From an uncultured Actinomycetota bacterium (GTDB taxonomy: Bacteria; Actinomycetota; Actinomycetes; Propionibacteriales; Nocardioidaceae), in the NCBI GenBank assembly GCA_963701485.1, contig CAVPAA010000007.1, positions 6,894-70,893 on the forward strand: a DNA stretch of 64,000 nt. Reading direction: 5' to 3'. Shown here in pieces: positions 47,341-57,535 of this stretch. A program made the position numbers and the translations under genes. Every line of letters begins with the position of its first letter. The first letter of the stretch is position 1. Below the pieces are notes generated by a model. That model was not told the origin of the DNA, searched no databases, and saw nothing but the letters and a program-made list of their open reading frames with translations.

Positions 47341-48267
47341 GTGACCACGACGACCCAGACCGCCGGGAGCGAGCCCACCACGTCCTCCCCCGCCCCCTGG
47401 CTGCCGGTCGCCGCCGGCGCCGTCACGCTGGTCATGTGGGCGTCGGCGTTCGTGGTGATCCGGCACGTGGCGCACGACGTCAGCCCCGGCGCTCTCGGAT
47501 CGGGTCGCCTCCTGGTGGCCGCGCTCGTGGTGCTGCCGCTGGTGCTGCGCCGCGGCTGGGTGCGCCCCACCCGACGTGAGTGGACCCTGCTGGCGGCCGG
47601 CGGCGTCGGCTGGTTCGGCATCTACAACCTGACCCTCAACGCCGGTGAGCGCCACGTCGACGCCGGCACCGCCGCGATGATCATCCAGATCGGCCCGGTC
47701 ATCGTCGCCCTGCTCGCGATCCCGCTGTTCGGCGAGCGGATGCACGCGTGGCTGGTCGGCGGCATGCTCGTCGGCTTCGCCGGCGTCGCCGTCATCGCCC
47801 GCGGGTCGTCGACCGACGCGAACGCCAGCCTCCTCGGCGTGGGCCTCGTGCTCGTCGCCGCGGTGATGTACGCCGTCGGGGTGCTGACCCAGAAGGTCCT
47901 GCTGCGCCGCCTGCCGTCCGTGCAGGTCGTGTTCGTCTCGTTCCTGATGGGCGCGCTCATCTGCCTGCCCTTCTCGAGCGACCTCCCGGGCATCGTCGCC
48001 GACGGCGGCGCGGAGCTGTGGTGGATCGTCTACCTGGGCGTGTTCCCCACCGCCGTCGCCTTCACGACGTGGGCCTTCGCGCTCACCCACACCGACGCCG
48101 GAGCCCTGTCGCTGACGACGTTCCTCGTGCCGGGCATCGCCACGCTCGTGGCGTGGCTGACCATCAACGAGGTGCCGCCGACCCTGAGCTTCGTCGGCGG
48201 CGCGCTGGCCATCGTCGGCGTGCTGATGACGCGCCGCAAGCCGCGCACCCGCGACCGGGTCTCGTGA
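47341..48267 (+). CDS. DMT-superfamily (EamA-like) transporter
   Basis: 308 aa, 10 TM helices in two EamA-like halves. GTG start. Confidence 0.8.
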   Translation: MTTTTQTAGSEPTTSSPAPWLPVAAGAVTLVMWASAFVVIRHVAHDVSPGALGSGRLLVAALVVLPLVLRRGWVRPTRREWTLLAAGGVGWFGIYNLTLNAGERHVDAGTAAMIIQIGPVIVALLAIPLFGERMHAWLVGGMLVGFAGVAVIARGSSTDANASLLGVGLVLVAAVMYAVGVLTQKVLLRRLPSVQVVFVSFLMGALICLPFSSDLPGIVADGGAELWWIVYLGVFPTAVAFTTWAFALTHTDAGALSLTTFLVPGIATLVAWLTINEVPPTLSFVGGALAIVGVLMTRRKPRTRDRVS

Positions 48268-48304
48268 CGGGCGCCGGGGCGCCCTCCTCGACCAGCGAGA
48301 GCAG

Positions 48305-48820
48305 CTAGGCCTCGAGCCAGCCGCGGAACGCCTCGAGGTTGCGCGTCGACTCGCCGCGGGAGATCCGCCACTCCCACTCCTTGCGGATGGACGTGGCGAA
48401 CCCCAGCTCGAGGATCGCGTTGAACGACTCGTCGGCGTTGGCGAGCACGGAGCCGAGGATGCGGTCGAGCTCGTCGGGGTCGACCGAGGCCAGCGGCAGC
48501 CGCGCCTCGAGGTAGATGTCGCCGTGGCGGTCGACGGCGAACGAGACGGCGTACATCCTGAGGTTGCGCTCCAGCAGCCAGCGGTGCACCCGGGCGTGGT
48601 TCTCGTCGGGGTTGCGGCACACGAAGGCGTGCACGCCCAGCGCGTGGGCGCCGACGTCGAGGCGCACGGGCGTCTGCAGCTTCTTCTCCCCCGGCAGCGT
48701 GAGCGAGAAGCGCGCGCCCTCGACTCCCTCGCGGGAGGTCTCGTCGTGCTCGATCTCGTTGGCGACGAGGTAGTCGCGGACGGCGTCGACGGCCGTCGCG
48801 GTGGCGGACGGGGCGCTCAT
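48305..48820 (-). CDS. YbjN-domain protein (Rv0487-like position downstream of mshA)
   Basis: 171 aa. ...[16 protein letters not shown]...L.V.AFV...P.EN....[18 protein letters not shown]... The ATG overlaps the mshA stop (ATGA). Confidence 0.75.
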   Translation of the reverse strand: MSAPSATATAVDAVRDYLVANEIEHDETSREGVEGARFSLTLPGEKKLQTPVRLDVGAHALGVHAFVCRNPDENHARVHRWLLERNLRMYAVSFAVDRHGDIYLEARLPLASVDPDELDRILGSVLANADESFNAILELGFATSIRKEWEWRISRGESTRNLEAFRGWLEA

Positions 48821-50073
48821 GAGGCCATCTCAGCACGCATGCGGCCACTGGCACGCTCGTAGGCGTCCAGCGTGCGGGCCGCGGTGCGCTCCCACGAGAA
48901 GTCCTGCGCGTGGGCGACCGCACCCCGGCCGAGCCGCTCGACCAGCTCCGGGTCGTCGATCAGGCGGCGCAGGCTGGCGGCCCAGTCGCGAGGCTCGTGG
49001 GTGTCGACGAGGATGCCGCTCACCCCGTCGCGCACCACCGTGGTGAGCCCGCCGACCGCGGCGGCCACCACCGGGGTGCCGGTCGCCTGCGCCTCGACGG
49101 CGACGAGGCCGAACGACTCGTTGTAGGACGGGACCGCGACCGCGGTGGCGGCCGAGGTCCACACGGCCAGCTCGGCCTGGCTGACCGGCGGGACGAACCG
49201 CACGACGTCGTCGATGCCGAGGTCGGTCGCCAGGTCGGCGAGGGCGGTGGGGTGCTCGAGCCCGGAGCCGGACGGCCCACCCACCACGGGTACGACGAGC
49301 CGGTGCCGCAGGGACGGGTCCTGCTCGAGCAGCACCGCGACCGAGCGAAGCAGGACGTCGGGCGCCTTGAGCGGCTGGATCCGGCCGGCGAACAGCAGCA
49401 CGGCCGCGTCCTCTGGCAGGCCGAGCTCGCGGCGGGCCTCCGCGCGGCCGCGCGGAGCGAAGACGGTGAGGTCGACACCGGGGTGGATCACCTCGACGGC
49501 GTCGGGGCTGGCGTCGTACAGGTCGATCAGCTGGCGGGCCTCGGTGTCGGTGTTGGCGACCAGGAGGTCGGCGGCCTCCACCACCTGCTCCTCGCCGATC
49601 ACCCGGGACACCGGCTCGGGGGTGTCACCCTCGGCGAGCGCCTCGTTCTTGACCTTGGCCATGGTGTGCATCGAGTGCACGAGGGGGACGTTCCACCGGT
49701 CCCGGGCGAGCGCGCCGACCTGGCCGGAGAGCCAGTAGTGGGAGTGGACCGCGTCGTAGTGCCCCAGGGGCTGCATCGCCTCCGTGCGGAGCACCTCGCG
49801 CGCGAAGGTGCACAGCTGACCGGGCAGCTCACCCTTGGTGAGGCCCTCGAACGGCCCGGCGGCGACGTGTCGGACGAGCACACCGTCGGCCGCCTCGACG
49901 ACCTGCGGCAGGGAGGACGAGGTGGCCCGCGTGAAGACGTCGACCGCGATGCCCTGGGCAGCCAGGCGTCGCGAGAGCTCGATCACGTAGACGTTCATCC
50001 CGCCGGCGTCGCCCGTCCCGGGCTGGTCCAGCGGTGAGGTGTGCAGGCTGATCATCGCGACCCGCTCGCCCAC
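48817..50073 (-). CDS. mshA: D-inositol-3-phosphate glycosyltransferase (mycothiol biosynthesis)
   Basis: GT4: [31 protein letters not shown], ...[30 protein letters not shown] 50073 behind GGAGG. Confidence 0.9.
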   Translation of the reverse strand: MGERVAMISLHTSPLDQPGTGDAGGMNVYVIELSRRLAAQGIAVDVFTRATSSSLPQVVEAADGVLVRHVAAGPFEGLTKGELPGQLCTFAREVLRTEAMQPLGHYDAVHSHYWLSGQVGALARDRWNVPLVHSMHTMAKVKNEALAEGDTPEPVSRVIGEEQVVEAADLLVANTDTEARQLIDLYDASPDAVEVIHPGVDLTVFAPRGRAEARRELGLPEDAAVLLFAGRIQPLKAPDVLLRSVAVLLEQDPSLRHRLVVPVVGGPSGSGLEHPTALADLATDLGIDDVVRFVPPVSQAELAVWTSAATAVAVPSYNESFGLVAVEAQATGTPVVAAAVGGLTTVVRDGVSGILVDTHEPRDWAASLRRLIDDPELVERLGRGAVAHAQDFSWERTAARTLDAYERASGRMRAEMAS

Positions 50074-50169
50074 GTTGCCTCCTCGAGACCTCGACTGCGT
50101 GCCCCGGTCAGGGCACCTCAGGCACAACCCCGGGAGGTCCGCTGGGATTCCCGCGTGGATTGCCGCCGG

Positions 50170-50541
50170 TCAGCGGGCGTGTGCGCCGGCCGGGCGACGG
50201 CTGGTCGAGCGGCCCCGGCCGCGCGCCAGCGCGAGAGCGCCGAGGACCACGGCCGCGACGCCCCAGGAGCCGTCGTACCAGGAGGTGCCGTCGGGCCGGA
50301 ACGCCTCGACGACCGACAGCGCCAGCAGGGCGGTCGCCACGCCGACGACGGCGCGCACGGCCACGGCGTCGCCCTTGACGAGCGTGGTGCCGAAGGCGGC
50401 GGACGCGGCCATCAGGCAGGCGAGGCCGACGAGGTGCAGGACGTCGAGGAGGAAGCCGTCACCGCCGCCGAGCAGCGCGTGCAGGATCCACGTCGCGCCG
50501 CCCAGCAGGGCGAGCGACGCAGCGAGCTTCGCAGGAGGCAT
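50170..50541 (-). CDS. small integral membrane protein, unknown function
   Basis: 123 aa from ATG 50541, behind GGAGG-like tgcctcctgc on the opposite strand. Four hydrophobic helices and a basic tail. No family recognised. Confidence 0.5.
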   Translation of the reverse strand: MPPAKLAASLALLGGATWILHALLGGGDGFLLDVLHLVGLACLMAASAAFGTTLVKGDAVAVRAVVGVATALLALSVVEAFRPDGTSWYDGSWGVAAVVLGALALARGRGRSTSRRPAGAHAR

Positions 50542-50618
50542 CGGACGAGTGTGCCACGACCCACCCCGATGGGCGGTCCTGGGGCGGACGGGACCGCCAG
50601 GGCCCGTCGGGCCGGACC

Positions 50619-51512
50619 TCAGGGCTCGTCGGTGCCCTGGTGGAAGCGCTGCTGCCACTGCCCACCGGTGCGCACCCAGAGGCTGCTGCGCAGCGTCGAC
50701 CGCTCGTCGGCCAGCGCGCGCCACAGGAGCAGGATCGTGTCGCGGTCGACCCGCTCGACCGACACCACGTCGAGGCTCACCGGCTCGATCGGGCCGACCT
50801 CGGCGAGCAGGTCTGCGCGGGTCCACAACCGGCCCGAGCGCCCGACCTCCTGCCACTGCGGATGGAGCAGGGCCGCGACGGCGGCCCGGTCGCCGCGCAC
50901 CTCGTCGCTCAGCAGCGCCCGCTCCATGGCGACGACGTGCTCCTCGTCGGTCGCCTCCACCTGCCGGGCCTGGTCGACGAGGTCGCTGAACAGGTCGGGC
51001 TCCTGCTCGACCTGCCCGACCGTCGCGGCGGGGTGGGCGGTGCTGCTGCCCGCGAAGCCCGGCCCGGCATCGGGCTCGACACCGCGCTGGTAGGCGGTCG
51101 CGGCGGCGTTGGCGCGCTTGTCGGCCGCCTCGTTGAGCTCGTGGCCGGCATGGCCCTTGACCCACTCGAAGCGGACGGTGTCGCGCCGGCCCTCCATGGC
51201 GGCGTCGAGGGCCTTCATCAGCTCCACGTTGAGCACGGGCTTGCCGTCGCTCTTCTTCCAGCCCTTGCGCTTCCAGCCCGGCATCCACTTGGTGACCGAG
51301 TCGATGACGTACTTGCTGTCGCAGAAGACGTGCAGCTCGTCGTCGACGTGCGCCGTCTGCTGGAGGAGGTCGAGGACCGCCATCAGCTCACCCATGTTGT
51401 TGGTGCCGCGCGGCCAGCCGCCGGACGCCCAGCAGTCGTCGTCGACGTACCACGCCCAGCCGGCCGGGCCGGGATTGCCGAGTGCCGAACCGTCGGCCGC
51501 CGCGAAGATCAC
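50619..51512 (-). CDS. rnhA: ribonuclease HI fused to a C-terminal SnoaL/DUF4440-like domain
   Basis: N-half: DGSALGNPGPAGWAW...TNN.GEL.A...L...D.....DS.Y......W...W...GW......V.N.......H.G...NE.AD. The C-terminal 130 aa is a separate globular domain (LLHPQWQEVGRSGRLW...). Confidence 0.8.
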   Translation of the reverse strand: MIFAAADGSALGNPGPAGWAWYVDDDCWASGGWPRGTNNMGELMAVLDLLQQTAHVDDELHVFCDSKYVIDSVTKWMPGWKRKGWKKSDGKPVLNVELMKALDAAMEGRRDTVRFEWVKGHAGHELNEAADKRANAAATAYQRGVEPDAGPGFAGSSTAHPAATVGQVEQEPDLFSDLVDQARQVEATDEEHVVAMERALLSDEVRGDRAAVAALLHPQWQEVGRSGRLWTRADLLAEVGPIEPVSLDVVSVERVDRDTILLLWRALADERSTLRSSLWVRTGGQWQQRFHQGTDEP

Positions 51513-51553
51513 CCCGCAATCTTGTCAGCACCGGATCTTGGCAGGATGGGCGC

Positions 51554-52306
51554 ATGAGCATCGACAGCACCCAGTCCCGCACCGCCGTCGTGACCGGCGC
51601 CTCCAGCGGCATCGGTGCCGCGACGGCGCGCGCCCTGGCGGCGCAGGGCTTCCGCGTCGTCTGCGCCGCCCGCCGCACCGACCGCATCGAGGACCTGGCC
51701 GCCGAGATCGGGGGCGAGGCCATCACGTGCGACATCACCGACCAGGCGTCGGTCGACGCGCTCGCCGCGGCGGTGCCGACCTGCCACGTGCTGGTCAACA
51801 ACGCCGGTGGTGCCGTCGGTGTCGACCGGGTCGACGGGGCCGACGTCGACGGCTGGCGCTGGATGTACGAGGTCAACGTCCTCGGGCTCGTCCGGGTGAC
51901 CAAGGCGCTGCTGCCCGCGCTCCGGGCCAGCGGCGACGCGGTGATCGTCAACGTCGGGTCGACGGCCGGTCGCTGGGCCTACGAGGGCGGCGCCGGCTAC
52001 ACGGCGGCCAAGCACGGCGTGAAGGTGGTGTCCGAGACGCTGCGGCTCGAGCTCAACGGCGAGCCGGTGCGCATCAGCGAGGTCGCCCCCGGGATGGTGC
52101 GGACCGACGAGTTCTCGCTCGTCCGCTTCGACGGCGACCAGGAGAAGGCCGACGCCGTGTACGCCGGCGTCGACCAGCCGCTGCTGGCCGAGGACGTCGC
52201 CGACGCCATCGCGTGGGTGGCCACCCGGCCCTCGCACGTCGACATCGACGAGCTGGTGATCAAGCCGCGTGCCCAGGCTGCGGCACACAAGGTCCACCGC
52301 AGCTGA
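51554..52306 (+). CDS. SDR-family oxidoreductase
   Basis: TGASSGIGAA (TGxxxGxG), NNAG, catalytic YTAAK. Confidence 0.85.
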   Translation: MSIDSTQSRTAVVTGASSGIGAATARALAAQGFRVVCAARRTDRIEDLAAEIGGEAITCDITDQASVDALAAAVPTCHVLVNNAGGAVGVDRVDGADVDGWRWMYEVNVLGLVRVTKALLPALRASGDAVIVNVGSTAGRWAYEGGAGYTAAKHGVKVVSETLRLELNGEPVRISEVAPGMVRTDEFSLVRFDGDQEKADAVYAGVDQPLLAEDVADAIAWVATRPSHVDIDELVIKPRAQAAAHKVHRS

Positions 52307-52326
52307 GAGGTGGCAGACTGCCGCGC

Positions 52327-53022
52327 GTGAAGACCATCGGACTCGTCGGCGGCATGAGCTGGGAGAGCAGCGCGGTCTACTACCGCGACCTCAACCTCGG
52401 GATGCGGGAGCGCCTCGGCGGGCTGTCCTCCCCCAGGCTCGCGCTCACCACGGTCGACTTCGCGGAGGTCACCCACCTCGAGGACGACGAGCGCTGGGAC
52501 CAGGTCGGGGCGCTCCTCGCCGACGCCGCCCGCGGGGTCGAGCGGGCGGGTGCCGACTTCCTGCTGCTGTGCACCACGACGTTCCACAAGGTCGCCGGCC
52601 AGGTCGAGGAGGCCGTCGGCATCCCCGTGCTCCACCTCGGCGACGTCGTGGCGGAGGCGGTCAAGGCCGCGGGGGTCGAGACCGTCGGGCTGATCGGCAC
52701 GAAGGTCGCGATGTCGGAGTCGTTCTTCGTCGACCGGCTGCAGGCCCACGGCCTGTCGGTCGTGGTGCCCGACGCCTCGCACCACGACTTCCTCAACGAC
52801 GCGATCTACGAGGAGCTCGTCCACGGCGTCGTGCTGCCCCGCACGCGCAGCCGCGTCGTGTCGATCATCGAGGAGCTGTGGGACGCCGGCGCGGGTGGCG
52901 TGCTGCTCGGCTGCACCGAGCTCGAGCTGCTCGTCAAGCAGGCCGACGTCGAGCTGCCGGTCTTCCCCTGCACGACGCTGCACGTCCAGGCCGCGCTCGA
53001 CGCGGCCCTCGCCGACGGCTAG
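52327..53022 (+). CDS. aspartate/glutamate racemase family protein
   Basis: IGLVGGMSWESS..YY, LLLCTTTFH, LLGCTELELL (two catalytic Cys/Thr blocks). GTG 52327. Confidence 0.85.
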   Translation: MKTIGLVGGMSWESSAVYYRDLNLGMRERLGGLSSPRLALTTVDFAEVTHLEDDERWDQVGALLADAARGVERAGADFLLLCTTTFHKVAGQVEEAVGIPVLHLGDVVAEAVKAAGVETVGLIGTKVAMSESFFVDRLQAHGLSVVVPDASHHDFLNDAIYEELVHGVVLPRTRSRVVSIIEELWDAGAGGVLLGCTELELLVKQADVELPVFPCTTLHVQAALDAALADG

Positions 53023-53947
53023 AGCGGCAGGCCGTACGCCGTCGCGAGCCAGCGCAGGCTCGTCCACGCCGGCGACAGGCGGTCGGTCGCGCCGGCCGAG
53101 GCCGGCAGGCCCACCCGGAGCACCTGCGAGCGGGCCCCTTCGGTGCTGACGAGCAGCTCGTCCCCGGCGAGGGCGACACCCTCGCCCTGGTCCTGGTCGG
53201 GGAGCGGCCACGACTCGACGCCCTGCCACGACGGGAACGCCGACAGGTGGGCCGTCGAGTAGGTGCGCATGACGACCCCTCCCCCGCCGGGCAGGAACGT
53301 GGCGTCCGTGACGATGCCCGGCGCCTGGCCGACCTCGGTCAGGCGGTTGGGCCGGTCGGCGCGCAGCCGCTGCGGGGCGGCGTACACCGTGCCGGCGAAG
53401 ACGCCCTTCGTGATGACGAAGAGCTGACCGGTCACGGGGTGGCTGACCAGCGCCTCGGCGTCACGAGCGCCGTCGGGGTAGACGAGCTCGTACGCCTCGG
53501 GCTCGACGATCGCGGTCGCCGCGACCGACAGGCACCCGGAGCACCGACACCGATGCGCGGGCGTGCCGGTTGTCGCCGGTGTCGGCGACCCACACCCGGC
53601 CGGGACCGGCGGGGGCCAGTGCCTCCACGTCCTCGGGGTCGGTCGGCCACCTCGTGACGCCGACCGTGGCGCCCGTGGCGGGGTCGACGGCGAAGACCCG
53701 GCCGGAGTCGCCGGAGTCGTTGGTGGTGACGACGAGACCGGCGTCGCGACCGGCGCCCGGCAGCACGACGAGCCCGCTCGACTCGACGATCTCGGGGTCC
53801 TCGAAGCGGAACGCCGGGTGGTCGGCCGCGCCCGGAGCACCGGCGGCCGCGCCCAGCAGGAACGGGACGGCGACGAGGGCGCCCAGAAGGCGATGCTCGC
53901 GGCCGCCCTCTGCTGGGCACGGGCTTCTTCGTCGGCGCGGCCGGCAT
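53019..53947 (-). pseudogene. secreted beta-propeller-like protein of unknown function, at least two frame disruptions
   Basis: The signal-like LLGALVAVPFLLGAAAGAPGAADHP has no in-frame start; ATG 53947 is in another frame. ...VESSGLVV..TTNDSGDSGRVFAVD...VADTGDN...VLRVPVGRGD (ORF 53461..53766) continues as IVEPEAYELVYPDGARDAEAL...VITKG... in ORF 53019..53840, with a shift near 53520. Confidence 0.5.
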
Positions 53948-54905
53948 CGCGACCGGCCAGCTGTGGCTGCTGTACCTCGGCTACGGCGTCATCGGCGGCA
54001 TCGGCCTCGGCATCGGCTACATCTCACCGGTCTCGACGCTCATCAAGTGGTTCCCCGACCGGCCGGGACTCGCGACTGGCCTGGCGATCATGGGCTTCGG
54101 CGGCGGCGCGCTCATCGCCGCACCACTCTCCAATCGGCTGATGAGCGCCTTCGACCCCGGGTTCGTGCCCACCGAGCCCGGCGCGGTGGCGTCGGGCTCG
54201 GCCCTGTCGCAGACCTTCATCACGCTCGGCGTGGTCTACACGGTGTTCATGCTGATCGGCGCCGCCCTGATCCGAGTGCCACCCGGCCATGGCGACGACC
54301 AGACTGCCGAGCACTCGCCCGGCACCAACGGCGCGCTCGTGCGCGCGTCGAATGCCGTCCGGACCCCCCAGTTCTGGTTCCTGTGGGTCGTGCTCTTCTG
54401 CAACGTCACCGCCGGGATCGGCATCCTCGAGCAGGCCGCACCGATGATCCAGGACTTCTTCCGGGTCGGCGGGGTCAGCTCGATCTCGGCCGCGGCGGCG
54501 GCCGGCTTCGTCGGCGTGCTGTCGCTGGCCAACATGATCGGCCGGTTCGTCTGGTCGAGCCTGTCCGACCGGATCGGCCGCAGGGGCACGTACGTGATGT
54601 ACCTCGGCGTCGGGCTCGTGCTCTACCTGCTGCTGGCACTGTTCGGCAGCTCCAGCACCTTCGTGTTCGTCGCGCTCGCGGCCGTGATCATCTCCTACTA
54701 CGGCGGTGGGTTCGCGACCGTGCCTAGCCTACCTGAAGGACCTCTTCGGGACGCTCGAGGTGGGCGCCGATGCACGGGCGACTGCTGACCGCGTGGGCCG
54801 CCGCGGGCGTCGCCGGCCCCCTCATCGTCAACGGGTTCCTCGACAAGGCCGGCGAACCTGGCTCGCTGGTCGCGGCCGACTACCGGCCGCGGGCGACCCG
54901 ACGCC
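53895..54905 (+). pseudogene. MFS transporter remnant (oxalate/formate antiporter family), truncated at both ends with internal frame changes
   Basis: ...LLGTGFFVGAAGIATGQLWLLYLGYGVIGGIGLGIGYISPVSTLIKWFPDRPGLATGLAIMGFGGGALIAAP... through GGFATVP in one frame, then AYLKDLFGTLEVGA, then HGRLLTAWAAAGVAGPLIVNGFLDKAGEP in two further frames (shifts near 54725 and 54768). The N-terminal ~4 TM and last TM are absent. The left boundary is ambiguous. Confidence 0.6.
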
Positions 54906-54907
54906 GC

Positions 54908-56122
54908 TCAGCCATGCCCGAGCAGCTCGCCGAGCCGGGGCTTCACGCCCCAGGCGCCGAGGAGCTCGTCGTACTCACGAGCCGCCTCGGAGCCGTCGGC
55001 TCCCGTGCGCACGGCCCGCAGCAGCGTGTTGCGCGGGGTGTGGGCGCTCTCGACGAACTCGACGACGTCGACGCGGTAGCCCTCGCGGCGCAGCAGCGCG
55101 GCGCGCAGCGCGTCGGTGAGGGTGTCGGCGAAGCGCTCGCGCAGGATGCCGTGGCGGGTGAGCATCGCGTAGGGCGCGGGCACGTCCGTCGTCCGGAGCT
55201 GGGCGGCGATGTCGTGGTGGCAGCACGGGGCGGCGAGGACCAGCGGGGCCTCCCACTCCAGCGCGCGGCCGAGGGCGTCGTCGGTCGCCGTGTCGCAGGC
55301 GTGCAGCGCGAGGACGACGTCGGGCGCCTGCTCGAGCCGGGCGTCGGCGATCGACCCGACGACGAAGTCGGCGTCGATGCCGAGGTCGGCGGCGACGCGC
55401 GAGTTGTGGTCGGCGGACTGCTGCTTGACGTCGACGCCGGTGACCCGCACCGGGAGCCGGTCGGACAGGTGGGCGTGGGCGGCGAACGTCAGGTAGGCGT
55501 TGCCGCAACCCAGGTCCACCACGCGCAGCGGGTCGTCGGCGGTCGGGGTGCGCACCCGTCCCTGCGCGACGGCCTCGGTGAGGCTCGCGTCGAGCAGCCG
55601 GACGAACTCCTCCACCTGGCGGTACTTCGCCTGCCGGGTCGGCTTGACCCGCCCCTGGGCGTCGCTGATGCCGAGCGCGACCAGCACCGGGTGGTCCTCG
55701 GCGAGCAACCGGTCCTTGGGCCGGTCGTGGCCCCGGGACGGCGCGACCTCGTCGGTGCGCGTCGAGGTGTGCAGCAGCGGCACGCCCTTCTTGGTCACCC
55801 TCAGCTGGTGGGTGGCGGTGGTGGTGTCGACGTGCCAGTTGGCGAACGGCTCCGCGAGCAGCGCGTCCACCGCTGCCTCGGCCGCCTCGCCCGCGAGGTG
55901 GTTGGTGGTGTGCGCCTGCGTGTCGTCGTACGACGTCACCTGCAGGTGGCGCCCGGCCCGGAGGTCGACGACCCGCACCTCGACCCGACGCACCTCGCGT
56001 CCCTCCACGACGGGGACCGGACCGCCCTTGCGCCGACCGCTCGCGAGCGCGCGCACGAGGTGGTCGGCGTCGACGATCGCCGAGCGGACCGTCGCGAGCC
56101 CTGCCTCCGGAGGAGTGCTCAC
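54908..56122 (-). CDS. SAM-dependent methyltransferase (Methyltransf_32-like)
   Basis: 404 aa. Motif I VVDLGCGNAYLT, ...LALHACDTATD..., CCHH. GTG 56122. Confidence 0.75.
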   Translation of the reverse strand: MSTPPEAGLATVRSAIVDADHLVRALASGRRKGGPVPVVEGREVRRVEVRVVDLRAGRHLQVTSYDDTQAHTTNHLAGEAAEAAVDALLAEPFANWHVDTTTATHQLRVTKKGVPLLHTSTRTDEVAPSRGHDRPKDRLLAEDHPVLVALGISDAQGRVKPTRQAKYRQVEEFVRLLDASLTEAVAQGRVRTPTADDPLRVVDLGCGNAYLTFAAHAHLSDRLPVRVTGVDVKQQSADHNSRVAADLGIDADFVVGSIADARLEQAPDVVLALHACDTATDDALGRALEWEAPLVLAAPCCHHDIAAQLRTTDVPAPYAMLTRHGILRERFADTLTDALRAALLRREGYRVDVVEFVESAHTPRNTLLRAVRTGADGSEAAREYDELLGAWGVKPRLGELLGHG

Positions 56123-56202
56123 AGGACGGCGGCGAGGACGACGATGAGGATGAGTGCCCCCAGCGCCACCGGGATCACGAGTCGACGGTGGCGGGGGTTC
56201 AT
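56119..56202 (-). CDS. candidate 27-aa hydrophobic micro-protein
   Basis: ATG 56202 (preceded by GGATGAGGG) gives MNPRHRRLVIPVALGALILIVVLAAVL. Its TGA overlaps the GTG of the downstream methyltransferase (GTGA). Composition could also produce this by chance. Confidence 0.3.
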   Translation of the reverse strand: MNPRHRRLVIPVALGALILIVVLAAVL

Positions 56203-56266
56203 GCCCTCATCCTAGTGACCGGCGGGAAGGCCGCTCATTCCTCGCGCGTCGCCGCGCGGGCGGAGG

Positions 56267-57535
56267 TCACCAGTGCTCGAGGGACTCCTGGAACACGGTG
56301 GCCAGGTCCTCGGCCGTGACCGCGACGGGTGCGGTGGCGAGCAGGCGCTGCTGCTTGAGCGCCCCCTCGACCAGGTCGTCGACGTCGGCCTGCCCGAAGC
56401 CGAGCTCGGCCAGGCCGCTCGGCAGGCCGACGTCCCGCATCAGGCGGCGCAGCACGTCGGGCAGCGGCTCGCCGGTGCCGCCGAGGAGCTCGGCCGCACG
56501 GCGGTGGCGCTCGGGCGCGGCGTCGTGGAGGAACGCGAAGGCGGCGGGCGCGGTCATCACGACGGCCATCCCGTGCGGGACGATCGGCTCGTCCGCGGGG
56601 TAGCCCTCGGGTCGGTAGTCGCGGACGCGGCCGGCGATCGGGTAGGCGCAGGCGTGCGGGACGTGGACGCCGGCGTTGCCGAAGCCCAGGCCGGCGAAGG
56701 TGGCGGCGAGGGCCATCTGCTCGCGGGCCTCGGCGTCGGAGCCGTCGCGGACCGCGCGCCGGAACGCCCCGGCGAGGAGCGACAGGGACTTCTCGGCCCA
56801 CATGTCGGCGATGGGGTTGGCGCCGCAGTAGGGCACCCGCTGCTCGGGCTGCTTGGCGTCGAAGTCGGCGTACCACCGCGCCGTCCAGCTCTCGAGCGCG
56901 TGGCAGAGGATGTCCATGCCCGCCGACGCGGTCACCATCGCGGGCTGCGTCATCGTCAGGTCGGGGTCGACGACGGCGAGCGTGGGCCGCAGCCGGGCGT
57001 GGGAGATGCCGGTCTTCACCTCGAGCGCCAGGACGTCGAGCACGCAGATGGTGGTCGACTCGGCCCCGGTGCCGGTGGTCGTCGGCACGGCGACGAGCGG
57101 CAGGAGCGGGTGCTCGGGTGCCCGGCCGCCGCCGACCGGCGCGTTGACGTAGTCCATCAGCTCGCCGGGGTTGGTCAGCATCAGGTCGACCGCCTTGGCG
57201 GTGTCGATCGACGAGCCGCCCCCGACCGCCACCACGGCGTGGAAGGGGCCGCTCGCGCGAGCCGCGGCGACGGCCGCCTCGAGCGAGGCATCGGTCGGCT
57301 CGACGCGCGCCTCGGCGTAGACCACCACCTCCAGGCCGCGGGACCGCATGCCGTCGGCGATCCGCTCGGGGTGGCCGGTGGCCGCGACGCCGGGGTCGGT
57401 GACGAGCAGCACCCGCCGCGCCGCGTCGCCCGGGACGTCGCGGCACAGCTGCTGGACGTCCCAGCCGATCTCGTCGCTGGCGCCGCGGCCGAACTTCAGG
57501 CCGGGTGCGGCGTAGGTGAAGACGCTCTCAGTCAC
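56267..57535 (-). CDS. iron-containing alcohol dehydrogenase (hydroxyacid-oxoacid transhydrogenase-like)
   Basis: VAVGGGSSIDTAKA, VAVPTTTGTGAE, metal-ligand blocks DILCHALES and HVPHACAYP. Confidence 0.85.
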   Translation of the reverse strand: MTESVFTYAAPGLKFGRGASDEIGWDVQQLCRDVPGDAARRVLLVTDPGVAATGHPERIADGMRSRGLEVVVYAEARVEPTDASLEAAVAAARASGPFHAVVAVGGGSSIDTAKAVDLMLTNPGELMDYVNAPVGGGRAPEHPLLPLVAVPTTTGTGAESTTICVLDVLALEVKTGISHARLRPTLAVVDPDLTMTQPAMVTASAGMDILCHALESWTARWYADFDAKQPEQRVPYCGANPIADMWAEKSLSLLAGAFRRAVRDGSDAEAREQMALAATFAGLGFGNAGVHVPHACAYPIAGRVRDYRPEGYPADEPIVPHGMAVVMTAPAAFAFLHDAAPERHRRAAELLGGTGEPLPDVLRRLMRDVGLPSGLAELGFGQADVDDLVEGALKQQRLLATAPVAVTAEDLATVFQESLEHW

